A stretch of DNA of 61,420 bases from Candidatus Kaiserbacteria bacterium RIFCSPLOWO2_12_FULL_50_10 (GCA_001783515.1 MFMN01000003.1:1-61420), one strand, 5' to 3'; counted from the first letter of the stretch, positions 1 through 10,048 are shown. Made by a program: numbers and translations. The notes: generated by a model not told the origin, from the letters alone.

Positions 1-2
1 GT

Positions 3-548
3 TTTGCCCGCACTGAACAGCTGCGTCGACATGGTATCAACCCTGAAACGCTCGATGCGGTATATGCTGGCCCCAATCAAAACGAAGCACTTCTTGCGGG
101 GGCTATTGATGTCGCCTTTGGCTACGAGACATCACAAGCAGATGAATTGCGACGAAAAGGATATGCTGTTCGCATACTCGAAAGCGATGCGCCCCGCGCG
201 TATGGTGATCTACTTTTTACGAGCGAAGCAACCCTTGCGAGCAAGCCCGACATAGTGGCTGCCTTCACCCGCGCGACACTGCAAGGATGGGAAGAAGCGC
301 TCTTGCATCCTGACGAAGCAGTTGATGCGGTGCTTGCGTATGATGACGGTATGAATATTTCCATGACACCAGAAGAACAGCGCGCGTTTCTCGAGGCGCA
401 GCGTACCTACCTGAAGCCAACAGATGACTTTGCAATAGGCGCGATGGACCGCGCGGTGTGGGAGTCGATGATACGAAGTTTGTATCATGCAAGGCTTCTT
501 GAAAACCTCATTGCACCTGAAGATTTCATGTACGCTCCGAGTGAGTAA
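3..548 (+). CDS. Substrate-binding protein, NMT1/THI5 (SsuA-like) ABC-type family; 5' end cut by window edge
   Basis: Frame 3 is open from nt 3 to TAA 546-548; the track lists it only from internal M at 147. The translation (AIDVAFGYETSQADELRRKGYAVRILESDAPRAYGDLLFTSEATLASKPDIVAAFTRATLQGWEEAL) resembles the C-terminal lobe of NMT1/SsuA-type binding proteins. Family call is from memory. Confidence 0.55.
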   Translation, partial: FARTEQLRRHGINPETLDAVYAGPNQNEALLAGAIDVAFGYETSQADELRRKGYAVRILESDAPRAYGDLLFTSEATLASKPDIVAAFTRATLQGWEEALLHPDEAVDAVLAYDDGMNISMTPEEQRAFLEAQRTYLKPTDDFAIGAMDRAVWESMIRSLYHARLLENLIAPEDFMYAPSE

Positions 549-618
549 GTCATGATTTTGAGAATTCTGCACATGGCGTATACTAGAGAGAAGAGGTGCC
601 AGACACCCAATCTCTCAT

Positions 619-1623
619 ATGATACAATTATTTTTTCGCAAGCATTATCGCTTGATTATTCTTCTTGTTACCGTGGGCGTTGCTGTTGCTTTCGGCGCTG
701 CCTATTACCTGAGAGCACCGCGCAGTAATCTTGTTGGTGTTTCATTTTCAAACGATGACGTGCCACGCTGGCAGGTTGAATCAGATCGCATGCAGGAGCA
801 GCTCGAAGAAAAGGGATACGATGTTGCGGTTCGTTTTGCACAGGGTAGCAAAGAACTCCAGGCAGAGCAGCTTCAGGAACTTGTCGAGCTTGGCGCTCGT
901 GTGATTGTGGTGAATCCTGTTGATGCAAACAATCTCATACCCGTAATTCGGGATGCGCAAGCAAAAGGGGTGAAGTTTATTGCGCATGATCGTCTTATTC
1001 TTGGGGGTGCGGTTGATTATTTTACAACGATTCGCATGCAAGATGTCGGACGTATTGCTGCGCAGCGATACCTCGTCGCTGCAGCAGGGAAGAACCTTGT
1101 GTATATAGCGGGTGACCCTGCAGACACGAATGCGGGATATCACCATGACGGCACCATGCAAGCGCTCGAATACGCAGTCGAGCGTGGTGATGTTGTCCTT
1201 CAGGGGGATTTAGTCACCGATTGGTCAGCAAAGTCAGCATACGAGGTCATGAAGGAATTCTTGAAAAGTGGCAAAGAAGTAGATGCAGTGATTGGTGGCA
1301 ATGACCTTATTGCAATCGGGGCGCAAAAAGCGCTTGCCGAAGCAGGAATCATGGGAACATTTATAGCTGGTGGAGATGCAGACGTTGCCGCATGTCGCGC
1401 TATCCTTGCGGGCACGCAGACAATAACACTCTATAAACCCTCGATTGCGATAGCGGACGCGAGCGTGCTTGTTGCTGATCACTTCATGCGCGGTGAGAAG
1501 CCGCCGATCTATGGACTCGCTGACAATGGCTTCATGCGTGTGCCAAGTAGCTATGTCGAACCAACCGTAATTGATGCGACAAATGTGCTCATCGAAGGCA
1601 CGACGTGCTCGCCACGTTCATAA
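619..1623 (+). CDS. Membrane-anchored type-I periplasmic-binding-fold protein (sugar-binding, RbsB/XylF-like)
   Basis: 334-aa ORF with an N-terminal TM anchor (LIILLVTVGVAVAFGAAYY). It continues VGVSFSNDD..VIVVNPVDANNL..GVKFIAHDRLI..GGNDLIAIGAQKAL, typical of sugar-binding PBPs. Confidence 0.65.
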   Translation: MIQLFFRKHYRLIILLVTVGVAVAFGAAYYLRAPRSNLVGVSFSNDDVPRWQVESDRMQEQLEEKGYDVAVRFAQGSKELQAEQLQELVELGARVIVVNPVDANNLIPVIRDAQAKGVKFIAHDRLILGGAVDYFTTIRMQDVGRIAAQRYLVAAAGKNLVYIAGDPADTNAGYHHDGTMQALEYAVERGDVVLQGDLVTDWSAKSAYEVMKEFLKSGKEVDAVIGGNDLIAIGAQKALAEAGIMGTFIAGGDADVAACRAILAGTQTITLYKPSIAIADASVLVADHFMRGEKPPIYGLADNGFMRVPSSYVEPTVIDATNVLIEGTTCSPRS

Positions 1624-1632
1624 GATATCACC

Positions 1633-2553
1633 ATGAGTTCTCGCCACGTTACACAGAAAGCTTTGATGCTCTGGCTGTGGGCAGCCTTTTTCGGATTGCT
1701 TGCGTTTATTGTTTTGGTTGGCGGTTTTGTGGTGCTTCAGAAGCAGGCACAGGCGCGCGATGCGGTACGTGCTGCCGAAGCGCAGCAGCTTTTGCAAAAG
1801 GCGAGCGAGATGGTCTATGCCGTTTCTGGTGAGATATTTGCACAGGTCGAAGCTTTGCGTGCCGCACCGAACCCCGAGGCGTGGCAGCAGGTTCTTGCAC
1901 AAAACTACAAGATGATGCCTCAAGAAATCGCATTCTATCACGCCGATGACTCGGGTGCCGACGTTATGATTCTTGCTGATGGTGGCAGATACGCGACCTC
2001 AACAGAGCAGTTTGCATCACGCGCAGTGCCACATTTTCAGCGAGCACTGACGCTCCGTGCGGGCGAGGTGTATATTACCCCTGCACGAAATTCAATTACC
2101 TGCGATTATACTGCGTGTAGGGCCGATACCGATAATGAGATATTTGCGTATGTAGCACCTGTCTATGATGGCGTGGTGCTTCGTGGTGCGCTTGTTGTGG
2201 CATATGACGCAAACATCTGGAGTCACCTTGCAGAGGAAATGAGTGGACTGCCCGAGACGTTCTTTGTTATCGACGCGCAGGGATACTATGTGTGGCACGC
2301 AAACACAGATAAACGTACCGAGCGCGCACGCCACCTCCCCAGCAGTTTCTTCGTAGACTTTAGCGAAGATGCGGCGGCAAACATACTTACCCCGTCAGGC
2401 GGACGAGTGGTACGGCTGGATGACAAGAAAAAGGCATACATGTACCCGGTATCACCATCAACCGAGATGACACGAAACGGCGCGCGCGTGAATATTCCTG
2501 CGCCTGTCACGTCACCACTCAACCAATATTTTGTCATGGGGTTTATTGAGTAA
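1633..2553 (+). CDS. Membrane-anchored extracytoplasmic Cache/PDC-like sensor-domain protein with no output domain
   Basis: 306-aa ORF starting 10 nt after the previous stop, with one N-terminal TM helix. The motif YITPARNS..IFAYVAPVYDGVVLRGALVVAYDANIW is Cache-like. No kinase, MCP, GGDEF or HTH part is present. Confidence 0.45.
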   Translation: MSSRHVTQKALMLWLWAAFFGLLAFIVLVGGFVVLQKQAQARDAVRAAEAQQLLQKASEMVYAVSGEIFAQVEALRAAPNPEAWQQVLAQNYKMMPQEIAFYHADDSGADVMILADGGRYATSTEQFASRAVPHFQRALTLRAGEVYITPARNSITCDYTACRADTDNEIFAYVAPVYDGVVLRGALVVAYDANIWSHLAEEMSGLPETFFVIDAQGYYVWHANTDKRTERARHLPSSFFVDFSEDAAANILTPSGGRVVRLDDKKKAYMYPVSPSTEMTRNGARVNIPAPVTSPLNQYFVMGFIE

Positions 2554-2556
2554 TCT

Positions 2557-3003
2557 ATGCGTACCACAACACACACAACAATTCTTTCCTGGCAAGCAGT
2601 CGTAACGACATGGTTGTATGCACTTTGTGGTGCGCAGCTCTACATGATGATGCTCGCACGTCTTTTTGGTGGCGTCTGGTTTCCTCCTGTATTTAGTTTT
2701 CTTGAGGTTACGGAACCTGTCCTCACCGCAACATTTTTTACCGCGCTTATCATCGCGTATCGATTTGATACACAGGCAGCAAGGCGACGCATGACGATGC
2801 TCGGCTTTGCCTGCGGGTGTCTCCTTATCGTTATCGCAAATATGAACTATCGATTAACCATTTTTGCACCGAGTCCTCTTATAGGATATTTCTATGTTGT
2901 CGTGAGTATTCTCGGCGCGGTCTTTCTGCTCACCACCTTCATCGCGTATCGTCGTATGATATTGCAGTATCGACGCAGACAGTTCAAGAAAACAGTACTA
3001 TGA
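2557..3003 (+). CDS. Integral membrane protein, unknown function
   Basis: 148-aa ORF starting 4 nt after the previous stop, with about four hydrophobic helices. Confidence 0.5.
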   Translation: MRTTTHTTILSWQAVVTTWLYALCGAQLYMMMLARLFGGVWFPPVFSFLEVTEPVLTATFFTALIIAYRFDTQAARRRMTMLGFACGCLLIVIANMNYRLTIFAPSPLIGYFYVVVSILGAVFLLTTFIAYRRMILQYRRRQFKKTVL

Positions 3004-3266
3004 TTTGGATTGCAAACACAATTATCACGCTCCTCATTGGCATTCTATGCCTTTGGGAGTCAACGATTTCCATGCGAGAGCAGGGAACTATTGCATGGTT
3101 CCTGCCACCGTTTTTATTTGGCGTCGCAAGTTGTATGCTTTCCGCGCTCTACTTCTATGAGCTTGCGGGTACTGCGTGGCATATGTTTTTTACCGCCGTG
3201 TATCTCCTGAGTGTGGCAACCTTTGTGGGAGCATACTTCTATCTTCTTGCGCACGAACAGGAATAG
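3000..3266 (+). CDS. Small integral membrane protein, unknown function
   Basis: Internal M62 of track ORF 2817..3266. Its ATG overlaps the upstream TGA (ATGA at 3000-3003). The product MIWIANTIITLLIGILCLW... is hydrophobic. Confidence 0.45.
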   Translation: MIWIANTIITLLIGILCLWESTISMREQGTIAWFLPPFLFGVASCMLSALYFYELAGTAWHMFFTAVYLLSVATFVGAYFYLLAHEQE

Positions 3267-3272
3267 TCTTTG

Positions 3273-5222
3273 TCAGATTATCCGCTCAGGATCATGGGTA
3301 ACCTGGATGGCGTCCCCGAGCGACCCGAGGATATGGGGGAGTGCGGGGTCGGTATCATTGGGGTTAAGGCGTAGGAGCGCGTGGCGGATAGTGAGGGTAC
3401 CATCTGTTTGACCGTTGTAAAAGAACGGTTTTTTTCCGCCGAGGCGCTCTTTGATAACGCTCTCGTGTGCCGCAATGTCTTCAGGCGTGCCGCGATAGGT
3501 GAGGAGGACGAAGCGTGTGAATGGTGGATATCCAAAGGTATCACGTGCAGTAATTTCCTCCGTGTAGAAGCGTTCCGTTGCACCAAGGCGAGCGATGTCG
3601 AGAATGTCATCGGGCTCGACGTCTTTCTTTTCTGCAGAGGCGACGGTGTCCACCCTTGCGTGTTGCGTCTGTGCGTAGACGGTGCCATGCGTGCGTTCGC
3701 GGAGCGTAAGAATGGTGGCAAGCATGTCTTCTTGGGCGCGCCAGGTTGGCGTTGCGCGAAGTGCGTCGGTATTCACGATGACGGACAGTGTGACGTCGTC
3801 ACCGATATAGGGGAGCGCCATAGCGGTCCCGAGCATGAGGGTGCCTGGATTTTGACGGAACCTATCACCAAGGTAACGCGCGCGTTTTGCGGTCGTCGCA
3901 GTGGTGTGATCAAACAAAATAACAGGATGCTCCACACGCTTCACGAGCTCGTCGTAGACATGCTGAATTCCAATGCCGCGTTCGCGAATTCGCCAGGAAC
4001 CACAGTGGGTACAATGATCGGCAGCAGGCAGGCGTACGCCAGAAACTGCATCGACAAAGAGGCGTACCGCTTCGCCGCTTTTTGTGGTGGTACGCACGAG
4101 TGAATAGGGCGCGCCGCTCTGCGGTGAGCGGAAAACGTAGCCGCAGTCAACGCAGGTGACGACAGGTGCGAGTCCGCGTCGTGCAGCATAGAGAAAGACG
4201 CGACCGCCCTCGGCCAAGGTCTTTTCGAGAGCATCAAGCACACGCTTCCCAAACAACTCAAAAGGTTCGGCGTGTGATGAGCGGTGCGGTTTTGCAATGG
4301 GTACTAATTTTCCGGGAAGCGCAAGACGCTTCGGCGTTTCATCAAGTGTCTCGTAGGTGCCGCTGCGGCGGAGATGCTCTGTCTCGACGCGAGGGAAAAG
4401 ATCACCATAAATGAGCGTGCGTCCCGTACGCTCCGCATGCATGCGGACTGCCGTACGCACATCAATATGGGGATAGGTTCTCTGTACGTAATGCGGTGAG
4501 CGCTCGTGCTCAATAATGGTCATGACAATATCATGACGCTCAATGAGGGCGTAGCCGGGGTAGGTGATGATAAGTTTTGGTGTGGCGAATTCTTGGAGCC
4601 CTGCATCAACGGCGCGAAGTTGTTTTGGTGTGAGGTTTGCGTGGATAACAATGGTGCGGTCCTCAATGCCGTGCGCGAGCGTCTTTGCAAGTTCAGTAAC
4701 CTCAATAGAGGTCGGGGCTACAATAAGCACCGAGCCGCCGCGGGCGAATGATTCACGTACGAGCGTGCGGTAGATACGCGTGCGTTCGATATGCGCCCCT
4801 TGCAGTACGCGAATATCTGTTTCAGGAAGGGTTGCCGTTCCGTCAGGCTGCACCACGGCCCCTTTTGGCGTAAATGGAAGAGGTCTGTCGCCGTCGCGAA
4901 TCCCTGCAGGTAAGAGCGCAAAGAGTGCTTCACCAACCGTAATAGCGTAATGGTGTGCAATAGCTACTGCGGTAGCGATGCTTGCAGGTGTAAGTGCTTG
5001 TGCATTTGGTTGCTCGGGAAGTTTTTTGAGAGAGAAGGTCATGCTGCGTAATACCGACTTCACCGACGGCACAGGTTCCGCTGCGACGACCATTGCGGTG
5101 AGGGTACGGTTTCGTACGGGCACGGTAAGGAAGGTGCCGAGCTCATACGGAATACGCGAAAAGTAGGTGAGCTCATCGATATGCCCGCCTTTTTGGAGTG
5201 GTAGTGTGCGAATAATAAACAT
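3273..5222 (-). CDS. priA: Primosomal protein N' (replication restart helicase PriA)
   Basis: 649-aa ORF with a helicase core and the Cys-rich zinc region CVDCGYVF..HCTHCGSW characteristic of PriA. Confidence 0.85.
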   Translation of the reverse strand: MFIIRTLPLQKGGHIDELTYFSRIPYELGTFLTVPVRNRTLTAMVVAAEPVPSVKSVLRSMTFSLKKLPEQPNAQALTPASIATAVAIAHHYAITVGEALFALLPAGIRDGDRPLPFTPKGAVVQPDGTATLPETDIRVLQGAHIERTRIYRTLVRESFARGGSVLIVAPTSIEVTELAKTLAHGIEDRTIVIHANLTPKQLRAVDAGLQEFATPKLIITYPGYALIERHDIVMTIIEHERSPHYVQRTYPHIDVRTAVRMHAERTGRTLIYGDLFPRVETEHLRRSGTYETLDETPKRLALPGKLVPIAKPHRSSHAEPFELFGKRVLDALEKTLAEGGRVFLYAARRGLAPVVTCVDCGYVFRSPQSGAPYSLVRTTTKSGEAVRLFVDAVSGVRLPAADHCTHCGSWRIRERGIGIQHVYDELVKRVEHPVILFDHTTATTAKRARYLGDRFRQNPGTLMLGTAMALPYIGDDVTLSVIVNTDALRATPTWRAQEDMLATILTLRERTHGTVYAQTQHARVDTVASAEKKDVEPDDILDIARLGATERFYTEEITARDTFGYPPFTRFVLLTYRGTPEDIAAHESVIKERLGGKKPFFYNGQTDGTLTIRHALLRLNPNDTDPALPHILGSLGDAIQVTHDPERII

Positions 5223-5239
5223 AGTGGTGGTGTGCCTTT

Positions 5240-6514
5240 TTAGGAAAGAAGGAAGATTGCGGCAAGTCCGAAGAGAGCAAGAAGTCCGGCAACGTCGGTA
5301 AAGGTGGTGATAATAATGCCACTCGAAAGGGCAGGGTCTTTGCCGAGTTTGTGCAGAATAAGAGGTATGAGCGATCCTGCGATAACGCCAACGAACATAC
5401 CAAACGCAACGGCAAGACCAGCAACAAGACCTATGCCGACACCATATCCGAGCACAAAGGTGATCAGTGTAAGAATGCTTGTATGCAGCGCGCCCTGCAT
5501 AAGCACCGCAAGTATTTCGTTGCGCAATGCGGGGAGCGCATTTTTGAGGGTAATTTCGCCAAGCGTTAATCCGCGAATAAATACGGCAAATGTTTGCGTT
5601 CCCGCATTCGAGGCCATGCCACTAATAACGGGCATAAATACTGCAAGTATTGCAATAGCCGCCAGCGTAGAGTGGAAGAGGGTGATAACAAACGCAGCAA
5701 GAAACGTTGTGCCGAGATTGACAATGAGCCATTTGGTGCGTGCCGACACCTTGCGGAATGCCGAATCAAATGGATGCTCGTTTTCTTCGAGGCCCGCAAA
5801 ATTGTAGAGTGATTCTTTTGGCTTCTCTTCAAAAAGGTCAATAATCTCGTGCGTGTAGACGATACCAACAACACTGTCATCACTCGCGTCGGTGATGACA
5901 ATTTTTTGAATCGCGCTGTTCATGGCGAGTGCGGCTACGTCAGTTGCCGTTGCGGTGTGGGGAAGGGTGTGGATTTTCGTTGTTGCGTGCCCAAGCGGCT
6001 CGGAGTTTGGATGCAGAATGAGCGCACGTGGCTCAATCTCGCCAATGCAGACGCCATTTTTGCGCACTAATACTTCAGGGATACGCCCTGTTTCTGCACG
6101 ATGTACCGCGATGGCCTCCGCAGCTTCCTCGATGGTTGTCGTGTGTGGGAGGAGAATATAGTTAAAATGCACAAGCTCATGTGCTGCTCGCACATGGAAA
6201 GCGGTGAATTGTTCGACTTTTTGTTTGAGCTCACGACGAAGCTCGTTCGTGATACGGGTTCTCCGTGCGGCACTGGTTATGCGGCGGAGGTATACATGTG
6301 CACGGTCGGGGTCAAAATGATCAATAAGTTGTACGACAAATGGTACGGGAGCATGATCAAGTACATCACGTTGAAGCGTCGGGGAAAGCTCGTTAAATAC
6401 CGCCATACGCATTGAAGGAGTAAGGGACTCGAGGTAGGTAAGGCGCTCGGCTTTTCTGTGCGTAACATGCGCTACATGCGTTGCGACAGCGGGGTCGTCA
6501 TGATGGTATTTCAT
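5240..6514 (-). CDS. mgtE: Magnesium transporter MgtE
   Basis: MgtE N-domain, CBS region and C-terminal TM domain (GMASNAGTQTFAVFIRGLTLGEI). The start is moved to M56 of the track ORF because TGGTATACT plus 6 nt precedes this ATG. An alternative ATG at 6571 has a GGAGG site. Confidence 0.85.
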   Translation of the reverse strand: MKYHHDDPAVATHVAHVTHRKAERLTYLESLTPSMRMAVFNELSPTLQRDVLDHAPVPFVVQLIDHFDPDRAHVYLRRITSAARRTRITNELRRELKQKVEQFTAFHVRAAHELVHFNYILLPHTTTIEEAAEAIAVHRAETGRIPEVLVRKNGVCIGEIEPRALILHPNSEPLGHATTKIHTLPHTATATDVAALAMNSAIQKIVITDASDDSVVGIVYTHEIIDLFEEKPKESLYNFAGLEENEHPFDSAFRKVSARTKWLIVNLGTTFLAAFVITLFHSTLAAIAILAVFMPVISGMASNAGTQTFAVFIRGLTLGEITLKNALPALRNEILAVLMQGALHTSILTLITFVLGYGVGIGLVAGLAVAFGMFVGVIAGSLIPLILHKLGKDPALSSGIIITTFTDVAGLLALFGLAAIFLLS

Positions 6515-6520
6515 CCCGCG

Positions 6521-6529
6521 AGTATACCA
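6521..6529 (-). promoter_or_regulatory. Extended -10 box TGGTATACT, 6 nt upstream of mgtE ATG (leaderless type)
   Basis: The reverse complement of agtatacca reads TGGTATACT, followed by CGCGGG and then ATG (6514). Confidence 0.6.
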
Positions 6530-6625
6530 CAGACTTCTTCCAAAATTGGTCCATCTGCACTGCTTTTTCATATTTTTAACCTCCGCCGTATTGTGTATAC
6601 GTCTGCGGTCAAAAATATGAAAAAT

Positions 6626-6655
6626 CAGCACATCTGAACTCAATTTTGAAAGAAG
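6626..6655 (+). repeat. Family-1 palindromic element, right-arm fragment
   Basis: CAGCACATCTGAACTCAATTTTGAAAGAAG matches the right end of the copy at 35585-35704 (about 23/27 by eye). No left arm is present. Confidence 0.55.
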
Positions 6656-6709
6656 TCTCCCGCACAAGAAAAATGCCATGGGTTACCATGACATTTTTCA
6701 ATTTTGAGA

Positions 6710-7303
6710 TTAAATCTTACCAACAAGGTCAACAGAGGGGGCGAGTGAGTCGCTGCCGTCGTCGAAGTTTGCAGGGCAGACGTTGCCGGGGTGTGATGCG
6801 GTAAACTTTGCGGCCTTGAGCTTGCGGAGAGTGTCCTTTGCAGAACGTCCAATTGAGCCGTCGGTGATTTCGATCGTCTTGATAACGCCTTCGGGGCTAA
6901 TCACAAACGTACCACGCTGCGCGAGACCATTCTCAGGAATAAGCACCTCGAATGCTTCCGCGACAGCATGTGACGAGTCAGCACCCATTGGGTATTCGAG
7001 CATCTTCATGGTTGGAGAAACTTCCTTCCAGACTTTGTGTGCGAAGGCCGTGTCGGTTGACATTGAGAGGACTTCCGCTCCTTCCTTCTTAAAGTCAGTG
7101 TAGAGTGACTGCATGTCTTCGAGTTCGGTCGGGCAGACAAAGGTGAAGTCGGCTGGGTAAAAGAGGAGGACGGTCCAAGAACCGCGGAAGTCAGCGAATG
7201 TCTTCGGTGAAATCTTCCCCTCATGGAATACTTCAAACGCGAGATCTTCCGGCACTACTTCGCCAATCTTCGGTTCAAAAATATCAAAATCATAATTATC
7301 CAT
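6710..7303 (-). CDS. Peroxiredoxin (typical 2-Cys Prx/AhpC family)
   Basis: 197 aa with the peroxidatic motif FTFVCPTE and a C-terminal resolving Cys (GNVCPANF). Confidence 0.85.
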   Translation of the reverse strand: MDNYDFDIFEPKIGEVVPEDLAFEVFHEGKISPKTFADFRGSWTVLLFYPADFTFVCPTELEDMQSLYTDFKKEGAEVLSMSTDTAFAHKVWKEVSPTMKMLEYPMGADSSHAVAEAFEVLIPENGLAQRGTFVISPEGVIKTIEITDGSIGRSAKDTLRKLKAAKFTASHPGNVCPANFDDGSDSLAPSVDLVGKI

Positions 7304-7338
7304 AGGATTACTTTACATTTTAAACTAATACTTTGGCA

Positions 7339-7347
7339 TGGTAGCAT
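7339..7347 (+). promoter_or_regulatory. Extended -10 box TGGTAGCAT, 6 nt upstream of miaA ATG
   Basis: The sequence reads tggtagcat, aatttt, then ATG (7354). Confidence 0.5.
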
Positions 7348-7353
7348 AATTTT

Positions 7354-8253
7354 ATGAAAAAGCAAAAGGTGGTAGTTATTGTCGGGCAGACAGCATCAGG
7401 AAAGACAGCGCTTTCGCTTGAGCTCGCGCAGAAAATTGGTGCTGAAATTATATCAGCAGACTCGCGGCAGGTGTACCTTGGTATGGATCTCGGGAGCGGA
7501 AAAGTTACCAAAGAGGAGCAGGCTATCGCACTGCATCACCTACTCGACGTTGCTGATCCCAGAAAAGATGTCTTTACGGTTGCAGATTTTGTGGAGCAAG
7601 GAAGTGAAATTCTTGACAAAACTCTGAAGCGTGCTGTTACCCCGATCATTGTTGGCGGTACATTCCTCTATGTTGATGCGTTACTCGGCAAAATAAGCAT
7701 ACCGAAAGTTGCCCCGAACGAGGAATTTCGAGCATCGCTCGAAACATGCAGCAACGACGAACTCTTTGCGATGCTTGCACAAAAAGACGCTCGTCGAGCT
7801 TCTGAGATTGATAAGTATAATCGCGTACGTCTCGTACGTGCGCTCGAAATAATTAACACGCTTGGTTCTGTTCCTGAGGTGATGCCAAGTGAGAAATACG
7901 ATGTGTACACCATTGGGCTTTCCATAGAAAAAGAAAAACTTCACGAACGTATCCATACCCGCCTCCTCCAGCGTTTTGATGAAGGAATGATAGAAGAAGT
8001 TACACGGCTCCATGAGGAGGGTGTGTCATGGGAGAGGCTGCATAGATTCGGTCTTGAATATCGTCATATTGCTGCGTACCTCCAGGGAACTATCCCCAAC
8101 AAAGAAGCACTCATCGCAACGCTCGATCAAGACATTCGGTCGTTCGCAAAACGACAGATGACGTGGCTTACGCGTGACAAAACGATTCACTGGTATCCCT
8201 TTGATGCGCACGAGCAGATCATTGCTGATGTCGAAGGATGGCTTGCTGCATAG
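7354..8253 (+). CDS. miaA: tRNA dimethylallyltransferase
   Basis: 299 aa with P-loop VGQTASGKTALS and ISADSRQVYLGMDLGSGK, the MiaA signature. Confidence 0.9.
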   Translation: MKKQKVVVIVGQTASGKTALSLELAQKIGAEIISADSRQVYLGMDLGSGKVTKEEQAIALHHLLDVADPRKDVFTVADFVEQGSEILDKTLKRAVTPIIVGGTFLYVDALLGKISIPKVAPNEEFRASLETCSNDELFAMLAQKDARRASEIDKYNRVRLVRALEIINTLGSVPEVMPSEKYDVYTIGLSIEKEKLHERIHTRLLQRFDEGMIEEVTRLHEEGVSWERLHRFGLEYRHIAAYLQGTIPNKEALIATLDQDIRSFAKRQMTWLTRDKTIHWYPFDAHEQIIADVEGWLAA

Positions 8254-8302
8254 AATATTTTCCACACCTCTATTTCTGCACTACGTGGTAGTATGTGAGG
8301 AG

Positions 8303-10048
8303 ATGGTTTCAGAGGTAGCACATCGTGCAGGATATGATCTTTCAGAGTGGCGAAGTATCGCGACGCTTCTTGCTGATGCAAGGAAGAGGCTTTCCTCTGA
8401 TGCATACCCAGCATTTTATGCTGCAGTCACCGCGTACTCACGCAGTCGGGGGACTGACACCGCAGCGCTCGCCGAGATTGAATCAGTGCTTTCACAGTGG
8501 GGCAAGGCGCCTACGGCTCCAGCTGTCGCGAAGGAAGCTGGAGTCCACGACGCGGATGCTGATGCCGTACTTGCTGCCGCGGTACAAGAAGCTCAAAAAA
8601 CCCCTGAGGTGCGTGCAGAAGAAAAACCTAAACAAGAAGCAAGAGCAGTGACCCTCGAGGAAGCGCCGCAAAAGCTACTCACTATCGATGAAGCAAAGGC
8701 AAGAATTTTAGTTATTAAGAACGAAATTCACGAACTCATCGGTAACCCCGTCGCGCTTATCGGCGATATGGGTTCGCTCGGAAAGGACTACATGAAGGCG
8801 CTCCTTGGAGCGTCGCGTGCGACAATGGGCGGTGCAGGAGGGGGGCTTATGCCTGCTATGCGAGCTCTGGAAGACGCATATGAAAAACTCCGCACCGCAG
8901 CCATCGAAGGTACGGTTCCTGCAAAAGAAAAGGCTGAACCTGTAGTGGTGACCCCTCCCGAAGCGGCGCCGTTGCAAGAGCAAGAAGAAGCGCTTGAAAA
9001 AGAACCGGAGAAGGTCAGGAGCGAAGAATCACACGCTGAGACTAGGGGTGTAGAAAAGGAGGCAATGGCAGAGCCCGTACACTATGATGATGAAATTCGC
9101 TCGGCACTGAGGGCACGTAAAGAGGAGATCTCTGAGCCCAAGAAACAAGAAGAACCAGAATCGCTCCTGCTTATAAAACCCGAAGTAACGCAGGAAAGAT
9201 CCACCTCTCACGAAGTCATGGAGCATGAACCGCTCGCCAAGGACGAACTCGAAGTGCATGAGCCTACGGAGAGCAAAGAAGAAGAGAAGAAGGAGGATGT
9301 TCCGTTACCTCTGGAGGAAGTGCTCATGCGTCAAGATGCGGAGCCTGCCGAAGAGGGTCTTGGGCGTGAAGAGGAGTCGTCACTTCACCGTGTAGCGCCG
9401 AAAGAGGGGGTGGTCGTGTCGGGTACCGATGACGAGATTGAAGCGTTACGCAAGAAGCTCATGCTCCTCGAGGCTCGACTGGAAGAAAAGGTAGCGGACC
9501 CTAAAGAGCAATCGATAGCGATGTCTCCAGAGACATCACCACAAAGAGAGCCAGCAGAACACCGCACAGAAGCCCCTGCTGCTGCTAAGTCTGTCGCTCC
9601 GAGCCGTGTCTCACGTACGGTTCAGAAAGAGCCCGTGCGCAGTCCGCGTGCGGATACGGTAGTATCATCACAAAAAGCTGCTATTCCCACAAAGGAGATT
9701 GCAACCTTCGTCGATCGCACCGAAAAAGAAAAGCTCTACCAGTCTGAAGCAGTTACCGAAGGACTTCGAAGTTTGCTTATGAGCTGGGAGATATTTCGCG
9801 GAGGTTTTCTCAGTGGAAAAGAGCGCGGTAGAGAGCATCCGTTGTACAAGACGATGCGTGAGGTTGTCATGAGCGATATTCTTTCAGGAAAATTTCAGGG
9901 CGCAAAGACAAATGTTGTTATTTCTGCAAACGACTATGTGAACGCATGGCGGTTCGAGCAGGGTATTGAATATAATCCCGCAGAAACGTTTGAGCACTAT
10001 CTGCGACGCATTGTGCATCGTATATTAACCCGTGCAGGTGAACTCTAA
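8303..10048 (+). CDS. Acidic Glu/Lys/Pro-rich hypothetical protein with conserved-looking C-terminal domain
   Basis: The track ORF 8174..10048 overlaps the miaA end. ATG 8303 is preceded by TGGTAGTAT plus 8 nt. The central part is low-complexity and E/K-rich; the last ~120 aa are ordinary in composition. Confidence 0.5.
   Translation: MVSEVAHRAGYDLSEWRSIATLLADARKRLSSDAYPAFYAAVTAYSRSRGTDTAALAEIESVLSQWGKAPTAPAVAKEAGVHDADADAVLAAAVQEAQKTPEVRAEEKPKQEARAVTLEEAPQKLLTIDEAKARILVIKNEIHELIGNPVALIGDMGSLGKDYMKALLGASRATMGGAGGGLMPAMRALEDAYEKLRTAAIEGTVPAKEKAEPVVVTPPEAAPLQEQEEALEKEPEKVRSEESHAETRGVEKEAMAEPVHYDDEIRSALRARKEEISEPKKQEEPESLLLIKPEVTQERSTSHEVMEHEPLAKDELEVHEPTESKEEEKKEDVPLPLEEVLMRQDAEPAEEGLGREEESSLHRVAPKEGVVVSGTDDEIEALRKKLMLLEARLEEKVADPKEQSIAMSPETSPQREPAEHRTEAPAAAKSVAPSRVSRTVQKEPVRSPRADTVVSSQKAAIPTKEIATFVDRTEKEKLYQSEAVTEGLRSLLMSWEIFRGGFLSGKERGREHPLYKTMREVVMSDILSGKFQGAKTNVVISANDYVNAWRFEQGIEYNPAETFEHYLRRIVHRILTRAGEL

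Noticed and set aside
3381-4103. 240-aa plus-strand ORF inside priA
   Set aside because: It is antisense to a well-supported PriA gene and has no family resemblance.
5240-6679. Longest-ORF N-terminal extensions in the track (mgtE here; also 12001 gatB, 24627 surface protein, 24592 lepB, 29771 rplC, 34545 mreB, 41308 dnaX, 55570 dprA, 58677 barrel-like protein)
   Set aside because: The extensions overlap upstream genes or repeats and add non-homologous residues before well-known N-termini. They ignore internal ATGs that carry the TGGTATACT-N6 or AAGGAG signals.
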